This document shows positions 1 to 9,391 of a stretch of DNA of 64,000 nt, in pieces. Each line of letters starts with the position of its first letter. Position 1 is the first letter of the stretch. The notes under the pieces were generated by a model that had not been told where the DNA came from, searched no databases, and saw only the letters and a list, made by a program, of their open reading frames with translations. Made by a program: the position numbers and the translations under genes. This DNA comes from Mobula hypostoma (taxonomy: Eukaryota): assembly GCF_963921235.1 (NCBI RefSeq), contig NC_086097.1:154692001-154756000 (forward strand), in the 5' to 3' direction.

Positions 1-410
1 TCTGGGCCTGTACTTGCTGGAATTTAGAAGAATAAGGGGGAATATCATTGAAACCTATTAAATATTGAAAGGTCTAGACAGAATGGATGCGGAAAGGATG
101 ATTCCTATAGTGGGTGAGGCTAGGACCAGAGGGCACAGCCTCAGAATTGAGACATCCATTTAGTACAGAGATAAGAAGGAATTTCTTTTGCCAGGGGGTG
201 GTGGATCTGGGGAATTCATTGTCATGGACGGCTGTGGAAGCCAAGTCATTGAGTATATTTAAAGCGGAAGTTGATAAATTCTATATAGCTCAGGCCAGCA
301 AAGGTTACGGGGAGGAGACAGGAGAATGGGGTTGAGAGGGATAATAGATCAGCAATGAGGGAATGGCAGAATAGGCTTGACAGGCCGGGTGGCCTAATTC
401 TGATCTTACA
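1..410 (+). mobile_element. CR1-clade LINE, 3' fragment
   Basis: ORF remnant FSTEIRRNFFCQGVVDLGNSL...IFKAEVDKF matches the CR1 ORF2 C-terminus. It is followed by the 3' UTR motif ggcctaattctg seen in other copies here. Confidence 0.85.
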
Positions 411-1300
411 GTAGTGTAAATGATTTAGATTAGAATGTACGAGGCATGATTAATAAGTCTACAGTTGACACTAAAATAGGAGGTGGTGTTAACATGAATA
501 TGTTTATCTGAATTTACAGAAGGGAACTTGATCTGCTGGGGAAGTAGGCCAAGGAATGGAAAAAATGTTTACTTCAGATAAGTGGAGAGCTTTGCATTTT
601 GGGAAGACAACTGATTTTACAGTGAATAGTAAGGCCCTAAGGAGTGTTGTAGGACAGAAGGATTGAGAAATGCAAGTACATGGTTCAGTGGAAGTGGCAT
701 CACGGGTGGGGTGACGGCCTTCATCAGTCAGCTCATGGAGTACATGAGTCAGGATGTTCTGTTGCAGTTGTACAAGGCACTGGTAAGGCTACATTTGAAA
801 TTCTATGTTCCGTTTTAGTCCCCTAATACATCAAGTTGGAGCAGATAAGGATAAGATTTATGAGAATGTTGCTGGGACTAAAGGGACTGAGTTATAAAAA
901 AAAGATTGAGCAAATTGGGACTTTTATTAGCAAGTAGAATGGGGACTGATCTATAAATGGGGACTGATCTATAAAATAATGAAGTTCATAGATAGAGTGA
1001 ATGTGCACTGCCTTTTCCCCAGGGTGGGGAATCAAGAGCTGGAGGACATAGGAATGTGGTGAAAGGAGGCAAATTTAATAGAAAACTGAGGGGTAACTTT
1101 TGCACCCAAAAGGTGGTCAGATTGCCAGAGGAACTGGTTGAGGCGGCTAGATTAACAAGAATTAAAAGACACTTGGACACCATTGATAAGAATGGTGTAC
1201 AGGGATATGGACCAAATGCAGGAAAATAGACTAGCTTTGTTGTAACTGTTGGTCAGCATGAACCAGTTTAGCTAACTAGTCTGTTTCCATGCTATACAAC
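411..1300 (+). mobile_element. Degraded CR1 LINE 3' fragment (end of RT to tail)
   Basis: Decayed RT C-terminal sequence (ttgcagttgtacaaggcactggtaagg, LQLYKALVR) with many stops. Confidence 0.75.
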
Positions 1301-1944
1301 TCTACAAAACGGCAACTTTAATAGCAATGATCACCTATAAATGGAGTCCATTTTTAAGAACTGCAAGAGTATGCTCTGCATCTACAAAGATTGACTGCTT
1401 TATTAACAGGATCATAATTCAAAGATGCCATGTCATTTTGACATGCAATCATATTTCACCTTTCATGGTATGTTAATTACCTTGATGTAATATAGTTGTC
1501 TGTGTTTTTATAAAAAAAACTTTGTTCCTTTTACCGAGACAATATTAATATGTCATAGCTGCAGATTTAATGAAACATTGTCCATTAATTATTCAAAGGG
1601 TTCTTATTTCCCATAAGGTTTGAAGTTACTGCCAAAAATGATATATGATCATCATTGAGGTTAATTTTATTTGTCTTTGAGGTGAAATAGTCATTTGCTA
1701 AATTTAAGGAAAGCATATTTTTAGCATTCCAACCAATAACTCTAGAGAAGGCAGTGCTTGAGGTGATGGCAAGTAGGGATTGATGGTCTTATGCGCATTT
1801 CCCTCTTCTAATCTAGGCAATAAAAGTTTTTGTCTTTTTTTGCATACCTTTCAACAGAGGAAAATCTCCTTAATAAATTTATGCCTAATACCATGGTAGC
1901 TTGGTGCTCCAAAACTACTACTCAAATTGTGACATGATGTCCTG

Positions 1945-2693
1945 CATGTAGCCACTTTATCAGGTACACCTGAATGTAAATACAAGTATCTAATTAGCCA
2001 ATATGTGACAACCACTCAATGCATAAAAAGCATGCAGATATGGTTGAGAGGTGCAACACACACAAAGTGCTGGAGAAACTCAGTAAACCGAGCAGTATCT
2101 ATGGAAAAAAGCACAGTTGACATTTCAGGCCAAAATGTCGACTGTACTTTTTCCATAAATGCTGCCTGGCCTGCTGAGCTCCTCCAGCATTTTGTGTGTG
2201 TTGTTCAGATTTCTACATCTGCGGATTTTCTCTTGTTTGTGGTTAAGAGGTGCACTTGTTGCCCAGACCAAAAATCGGAATGGGGAACTAATGTGACCTA
2301 AGTGATTTTAACCATGGAATGAATGTTGGTGCCAGACAAGGTGGTTTGAATATCACAGAAATCACTGATCTCCTGGGATTTTCACACACAGCAGTCTCTA
2401 GAGTTTACAGAGAATGGTGTTAGAAACCAAAAAAGAAACATCCAGAGAGCAACAGTTCTGTGGGCAAAAATGCCTTGTTAATGAGAGAAGCTGCAGGAGA
2501 ATGGCCAGATTGGTTCAAGCTGACAGGAAGGTGACAGTAACTGAAGTAATTGTGCATTACAACAAGAGCATGTCTGAACACACATGTTGAACCTTGAAGT
2601 GGATGAGCTACAGCAACAGAAGACAACAAACATACACTCATTGGCCACTTTATTTGGTACAGGAGGTACCTACTGAGCTGGTCACTGAATGTA
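1945..2693. mobile_element. Non-autonomous Tc1/mariner-type MITE with a nested palindromic element
   Basis: gccactttatcaggtac at 1951 and an inverted counterpart gtacctactgagctggtcactgaatgta ending at 2693. The same family occurs at 30666-31815. Confidence 0.65.
2053..2240. mobile_element. Palindromic Penelope-derived non-autonomous element
   Basis: Arms acacacaaagtgctggagaaactcag and ctgagctcctccagcattttgtgtgt are inverted copies. They match the termini of the GIY-YIG-bearing fragment at 48380-49240. Confidence 0.7.
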
Positions 2694-2924
2694 CAGTGTG
2701 TCACAGCGTGATGGGCACGACCCTAAATCAGGCTTCGGGAGGGAATGTGCACTGTAATCATTACATTTGTTATTTCTCAGAGCTGTCGTGCTTAGATGCT
2801 GAGTGTATGTATCTTCAATTTATGAATGTAAACCAGTTGTTCTGATACTAATTTTTTTTTAATTCACCTCATTATTTAAGTGTTGCAAATCTAAGATACA
2901 TATATTAGGATGCAGATTATCGAA

Positions 2925-4092
2925 TGTCATCAGCCCCTCAAAGCTAATCAATAAGCTTCAAGACCTTTGCCTCAATACCTCCTCGTGAAATTGGATCCTC
3001 GTTTTCCTCACTTGCTGACTCCAGTCAGTTCAGATTGGCAAAAACATCTCCTCCACAATCTCCATCAGCATAGGTGCATCACAAGGCTGTGTGCTTAGCC
3101 CCCTGCTCGACTTGCTTTATACCTGAATGTGTGGCTAACCATTTCCATATTCAAGTTTGCTGATGTATGCCGATATATGATGAATCAGAATATAGGAGGG
3201 AAATTGACAATCTGGCTGAGTGGTGCCATAACAACCACCTCTTATTCAAAATCAGCAAGACGAAAGAGATGATTATTGACTTCAGGAGGAGGAAACCAGA
3301 GGACCATAAGCCAGTCTCCATCAGAGGATCAGAGGTGGTAAGGGTCAGCGACTTTAAATTCCTTGGTGTTATAATTTCAGAGGACCTGACCTGGGCCCAG
3401 CAAGTAAGTGCAATTACAAAGGAAGCACAACAGCACCTCGACTTACGCAGTAGTTTGCAAAGATTTGGTATGACATCTAAAATTTTGACAAACTTCTCCC
3501 GATGTGTCGTGCAGACTGGCTGCATCATAGCCTGGTATGGAGCACCAATGCCCTTGAATGGAAAATCCTAGAAAAAGTAGTGGATTTGGCCCAGTCCATC
3601 ACAGGTAAAGCCCTCTCCACCATTTAGCACATTTACACAAAGGGTTGTTGCAGGAAAGCAGCATCCATTATCGACGACCCCCACCATTGAGGTTATGCTC
3701 TCTTCTCACTGCTGCCATCAGGAAGAAGGTATAAGAAACTCAAAACTCACACCAGCAGGTTCAGGAACAGTTATTACCCCCTCAACCATGAAGCTCTTGA
3801 ACCAAAGAGAAAAACTTCACTCAATGTTCTCACAACCTATGGACACACTTTCTGGGACTCTTCTCATGTTCTCAATATTTATTGCTTCTTAATTTATTAT
3901 TATTTTTTCTTTCTTTTTGTACTTGTCTTTTGCACTCTGCTTGAACGCCCAAGTTGGTGCAGTCTTTCAGTGATTCTTTTATGGTTACTTTTCTATTATG
4001 GATTTATTGACTATGCCTGTAAAAAAATGATTCTCAGGGTTGTATATGGTGATTTATAGGTACTTTGATATAAATCTTCTTTGAACTTTGAA
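2925..4092 (+). mobile_element. Rex1/Babar-type LINE 3' fragment
   Basis: RT remnants GASQGCVLSPLL and EYRREIDNLAEWCHNNHLLFKISKTKEMIIDFRR...FKFLGVIISEDLTW, with a ttgaac-type tail at about 4080-4092. Confidence 0.8.
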
Positions 4093-4145
4093 TTTTCTTA
4101 AACTTTAAGGAGAAGCTCTAACTACGTTGTGTTAAATGCCCACAG

Positions 4146-4200
4146 GGCAAAGATGCAAGTGAGCACTGGATCAGGGAGGTTTGCATGAGCATAATTTAAA
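4146..4200 (+). CDS. Collagen IX-like FACIT gene, NC2 exon (55 bp), with in-frame TAA at 4197-4199
   Basis: ccacag|exon|gtgagt. Reads GKDASEHWIREVCMSII*, similar to the recalled NC2 of COL9A3 (GKEASEQRIRELC) and COL9A1 (QHIKQVCMRVIQ). The phase 1 end fits the next exon. Confidence 0.8.
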
Positions 4201-4981
4201 GTGAGTGAGTGTCAGATTTTGAAATATTCCATGTTAAAGTTATCTTAAGATTTGACCCTCCAACTCTGTGGTACTCTTCTCTCTCACTGATTTTTATGGC
4301 TTTGGAATTATCCGGAGAAAATCTTTAACTAATGTGTATAAAATTCCATTGTCTTCAACTTCATTTAAAGGTTTTTATTTCTTTAAAATAATCAACAGAA
4401 AATATGCATATGAATTCGTCAAGTGTGTGTATAAGCATAGTGAAATTTCATGGCTTCTCTGTATTCCAATTTCTTGTACAAAGTATAAGTATAAAATTTG
4501 ATAGTCATTTTCTGCAGAAAATTGAATATCAAGAATATCTGTTTTGTAATAGCAAATTAAAGATAATCTATTCTACTTAAATAATGTTCATCTATTATTC
4601 TATCATTTTTGGCTTCAGATTTTACTTAAAATTCTGTCAAAGTCTGAACAAGTTAACTGTTAGATAGGGGACTGCAAAAGCAATAAAATATATGAACATA
4701 AAAATAGCAATTTTCTAATCAACCTTTCAAGTCTGTATTAGCCTTCAATGATATTAGAGCTATGTATTCTTGAGATGGGAAAATCTGGTAAAGGTTCTTT
4801 GTTCCAATCAAACAAGCATTTGCGGAGATTTATTCATATCTGAGATATTTTCATCACCATTTATGCCGGCATATATAGCCCATTTCTAATTACCCTTGGG
4901 TAACTGATAGTGACTCATCTTATTGAAGCAACCACACCATTAAAATTTAATGAGTCCTCATTTCCATTATTTCCTTTTTAG

Positions 4982-5146
4982 AGCAAATGTCTCAGCTGTC
5001 TGCTAGCTTAAGACTACCAGTTATGCCAGGAAATCCAGGCGGGCCTGGATCACCTGGACCTCCAGGAGAAGCAGGGCATCCAGGTGCTGTAAGCCCAAAA
5101 GGTGTCAAAGGTCACCAAGGTTACCCTGGTCAGCCAGGATCAAAAG
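4982..5146 (+). CDS. Collagen IX-like gene, NC2/COL1 exon (165 bp)
   Basis: ttcctttttag acceptor. Reads (K)[54 protein letters not shown]. Donor AAG|GCAAGT (GC type), phase 1-1. Confidence 0.9.
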
Positions 5147-6551
5147 GCAAGTAAAATAATCAGTGCAACGAGATGTGTGCCTAGTTCCAGTAAACTTATT
5201 GGCAAGACCTCTTGATGGGTGGATGAGGAGCCATGACAATCCACTGATCTCAGCTCTGTTGTTCTGAAAATATTTAGCAGTTGTTGCTTCCTCATTGAGC
5301 ATTACCATGGGACGACTCTAATTCTGCAAGCACCTAAAACAGTACAGTTAGGACCATTGTTCCCCAAATAATTTAGACGAATATGGTCTACACCATTATC
5401 CACCTTTCCTGCAAAGTACAGGTGGGCATGGATAATACCAGGCAGTGTGCTGGTCTGTAAATGACATGTCCATGTGCAACAACTATACCTTGGATTTGCT
5501 TTAACTATTGATCCTCCAGAAATTCCGGTTCGTGTGCCTTGTAATTGTCAGAGTATATATGCCATCAATGCAAACCCAGTTTGTCTAGATTTTGTTCATA
5601 CACATCTTCAAAAAGAGTACCAAGTGTCCAGTCACTGATTACCATCACCTGCCTTACAACATCTTTCAGACTTAGAGGTAAGTCTTAAGAACTTCCACTC
5701 GAGATTTTGTATCAATTGATGTACTCCACTAGTGTCCAATACTAAAAATTTCCCAGAGTCCCAGTAAGCGCCAGGCTGTACCTGCCCTTGTTTGCTTATG
5801 AACCTGTTGACATTTATGAAGTAGATGTTGAGTCAAGACAAATGGCCATTTGATGACTGTAGGAAATGCATATATGCTACACCACAGCAAAAGGAGCTAG
5901 ATAAAGTGGTACTGTTAAGTTTTGTAACTCCAAAATTAAGCTAAAGGAAAATATGAGAGCCAGAAGATGAGTGTCTACTTCATTTTAATTTAGTGAGGCA
6001 CGCACATAAGATCCAGTGGCGTAATGATGTATGCTATTCACGTACTTTTACATATAACTCGTAATAAATTATGCAAACACCAAAGGATGCTTAATCACAC
6101 GATATATTTACAATATTAATCAAATATTGTTGAAATATTAAATATACAACAGGTACAAGTTTCTTTGATACCATTTCCCGAAGGGTGCAGGCCTCAACTT
6201 TACTTTAAACCACTAATTTGTCTCCACAACCAGCAAAAACTGGAAACGTTGTCACTGAAGACAAGTCTTCCAAAATTCTCAGATCTAATAATCAGACCAA
6301 ATGGTTTGTAAGTGTCAAAGGTGGCTTTATCATTAATGGAATCCGACAGCAAAAGGTGAACTGTTGGAACAACCCGTCAGGGTCAAGCTGCATCTGTGGA
6401 GGCAAAAGGATGGCCAACATTTCAGGTTGAGACCCTGCATCAGGATCAGATTAAGAAGTGTCAATAAATCTCCTCAGAAATATTGGATGTTAATTTCATT
6501 CTGATTTTCACCACTGAAATGGAGCTGAAATTTTGAATTTATATATGACAG

Positions 6552-6620
6552 GGCAGCAAGGTGAAAAGGGTGAGAAGGGCGAAAAAGGTATTGGACTTCG
6601 CGGACCACAAGGGGCACCTG
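6552..6620 (+). CDS. Collagen IX-like gene, penultimate exon (69 bp)
   Basis: gacag|exon|gtaaat. Reads GQQGEKGEKGEKGIGLRGPQGAP, Gly-X-Y with the FACIT GIG imperfection, phase 1-1. Confidence 0.9.
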
Positions 6621-7202
6621 GTAAATATTAAGATTTCCTGTTTTAATATTGCAACACTTCTTCATACAAACTTTCATTTCAGTGAAATATAATCCATTTG
6701 GTATTGGTTACACCACAGCATAAGATGCTGGATAAGGTCAGAGCAGAATTGATAGGAAAATGTGCACACAGAACATGATTCCATGTACTCAGTGTCTGTA
6801 AGAATTTCAAGGTTACTGTCAGTTTCACGTGCACAGTGATATTTATTTCACTCATAACATGAATGAATATTGTTGATCTCTCCTCACTTGAGAAACTTGT
6901 AATAACTGGATTTAAAGTAGAAAACATAACTGGCATAAGACCATAAGACATAGGAGCAGAATTAGGCCATTCAGCCCATTGAGTTTGCTCCACTATTCCA
7001 TGATGGCTTATCCTGGATCCCACTCAACTCCATACACCTACCTTCTTGCCATATCCTTTGATGCCCTGACCAATCAGGAAATTATCAACTTCTGCTTTAA
7101 ATAGACCCACCGACTTGGCCTCCATTGCAGTCTGTGCCAGAGTATTCCACAGATTCGCTACTCTTTGGCTAAAAAAATTCCTCCTTACCTCTGTTCTAAA
7201 AG

Positions 7203-7392
7203 TCCCGCTTGATGGCACAATAATATCAGTGCCGGACTCCGGAACGAAGGTTCCCGAATTCGAATCCAAGTCGGGTTGAGCGTCGAGCTAGCAACTCGGC
7301 CTCGTAAACACAAGAATAGCTTGCTATGGAAACACCGTCATGACGGTGCCCCAATAACTCCACTGCCGAGTTAAGGGCTATTCTTCTTCTCT
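7203..7392 (+). mobile_element. tRNA-derived SINE with RTE-like body and (TTC) tail
   Basis: Box A-like tggcacaat and box B-like attcgaatcc. 13-bp TSD tctg(t/c)tctaaaag at 7190-7202 and 7393-7405. CpG-rich. Confidence 0.7.
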
Positions 7393-7818
7393 TCTGCTCT
7401 AAAAGGTCACCCCTCCATTTTGAGGTTGTGCCTTCTAGTCCCCACCATAGGAAACATCCTCACCACATCCACCTTATCTAGTCCTCTCAACATACAGTAG
7501 GCTTCAATGAGATCCCTGCACCCCCCCCCACCATATTCTTCTAGTGTTAATCCCTTCATTCCCGGAATCATCCTCGTGACCTCCTCTGGAATCTCCAATG
7601 ACAGCACATCTTTTCTGAGATATGGGGCCCAAAACTGTTGCCAAAGCTTTTATATTCTATTCCCCTTGGGAAAAAAATGCCAACATTGCATTTGCTGCTT
7701 TTACCACAGACTCAACCTGTAAATTAACCTTGTTGGAGCCTTGTACAAGAATTCCTAATTCCCTATGCACCACTGATGTTTAAGTTTTCTCCCCATTTAG
7801 ATAACAGTCTGCACTATT

Positions 7819-7956
7819 AACAGTCCTGACGAAGGGTCTCGGCCTGAAACGTCGACTGCGCCTCTTCCTATAGATGCTGCTTGGCCTGCTGCGTTCACCA
7901 GCAACTTTGATGTATGTTGCTTGAATTTCCAGCATCTGCAGTATTCCTGTTGTTTT
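7819..7956 (+). mobile_element. Short Penelope-derived insertion
   Basis: Perfect 13-bp TSD agtctgcactatt at 7806-7818 and 7957-7969. The sequence matches the terminus of the Penelope fragment at 48380-48520. Confidence 0.8.
7821..7858 (+). ncRNA. Minimal type I hammerhead ribozyme motif (Penelope-type)
   Basis: CAGTC-CTGACGA-A-GGGT CTCG GCCT-GAAA-CG-TC-GACTG: stem I CAGTC/GACTG, intact CUGANGA and GAAA core, palindromic ACGT in place of stem III, GUC cleavage triplet. Confidence 0.65.
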
Positions 7957-8565
7957 AGTCTGCACTATTGTTCTTTTTACCAAAATGCATTAACAGTATA
8001 AAGAGAAAGTATTAACAGAGTAAACTAGAACCTGTTTGCCATGCTAATTACTTGTGGAATATACTGTAAATATTTACTTTAAGTGCTGTGTGTGCAAGGA
8101 TACCCTAAACCTTGCGCATAATTTCTCACAATTTAAGTAGTTCCATCTTTCCAACTTTTTCACTTCTTCCAAAAATCAAATTCACTTCGATTTAATCGGA
8201 ATTGAGCAGTGGCAAGATAGCAGTGAATATGAAGGCACTGTTCAGGTTAAAACCAGTCAGCTACTAGTCTTCAGCTTCAATTGCATTAAATGTTCTGATA
8301 AATCTTATGTTTGCTAAAAGAAAGTTTATTCATTTTGATTGCCAGTTTTAAAAGGTTTGGTACTAATACTTTCACTTGATGTTTAAGTTAATTTTGGCAG
8401 TTTTTAACACTTAGGTGGGTTTATAATTTCAATAAGATAACTTGCTTCTTTAGGACTCAGTATTATCCCAATTTACTTTCAAGCAACATGTCTATATTAA
8501 AAAAAAACAAGCATTAGTAGTTTTTGGGATTGAAAGGATTTTACTGCGTTTGTTGTCTGTTGCAG

Positions 8566-8777
8566 GTGTTGATGGTATGCCTGGTATTGGAAAGGATGGC
8601 CGTGATGGCGCCCGTGGTGAAACCGGCCTCCCAGGTGAACAGGGACATCCTGGTCCACCCGGTCTAAGAGGCTTTCCTGGTACCTGTGATGCTTCTTCAT
8701 GCATGGGTCCACCTCATCTCTACATGGGAATGGGGATTGGTAAAACATCTCTGAGCATGAAAGGGCCAGCCAAATAA
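8566..8777 (+). CDS. Collagen IX-like gene, last coding exon (end of COL1 plus NC1)
   Basis: tgttgcag acceptor. Reads GVDGMPGIGKDGRDG...GFPGTCDASSCMGPPHLYMGMGIGKTSLSMKGPAK*, with the FACIT CxxxxC motif and terminal KGP. Confidence 0.93.
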
Positions 8778-9391
8778 TAGAAAACAGATTATAATGTGTT
8801 AACTTTTGTTCATCAAATCCAAAGGTATCAAGAGTTTAATTAAAATCTAGATATTTAAAAAATTGTCTTGATTCCTGGAATGTTATACTGTATTGAACAA
8901 GTAGTTTCTCTTTCTCAGGAATACTTCCAAGTTTTGAGGGCGGAACCATGTATATTTGAACTTTTGATTATCAGAGGAAGCTTGATGTCTCTAATGAACA
9001 TTTAAAAAGATTGCATTGTATTACCAACTTAATTAAATATACTTTGTTGAGAATCTGAATTGCATTTCAAGTACTGAAAGTGATTGTTTTTCATCAAATC
9101 ATAGTTCTGTGCTTTGTTGTTGTACCTTCTGTTAAAACTCCTTACCAGCTGCACACTGACCTAAAGTGAACAACCTCATTTACAGGAACTTCGCATTACA
9201 TGTGTGGATTAATCTTCAGGAGTATGTGGTTTGAGAGTTGATGTGATGATGATTAAGTCAGGAAAACATGTCAAAAGCTGATTCTAACCTTTCAGTATCT
9301 ATATTTTTTTCTGAACCATCCAAGCCAAAGGACAAACAGTTAAAGAGGAAGGATAGCATTTAAAATCTGTTTGTGTAGATGTAAACCATTC

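Larger units (their letters stand above)
6935..7990 (-). mobile_element. CR1 LINE 3' fragment hosting two younger insertions
   Basis: Remnant FRTEVRRNFFSQRVANLWNTL and a cataaga tail at about 6935-6950. Interrupted at 7203-7392 and 7819-7956. Confidence 0.85.

Noticed and set aside
4197..4199. Programmed recoding (selenocysteine or readthrough) of the collagen stop
   Set aside because: The codon is TAA, not TGA, and there is no readthrough context or visible SECIS. Mutation or sequencing error is simpler.
7208..7270. Stand-alone tRNA gene
   Set aside because: It has no complete cloverleaf and sits inside a TSD-flanked SINE.
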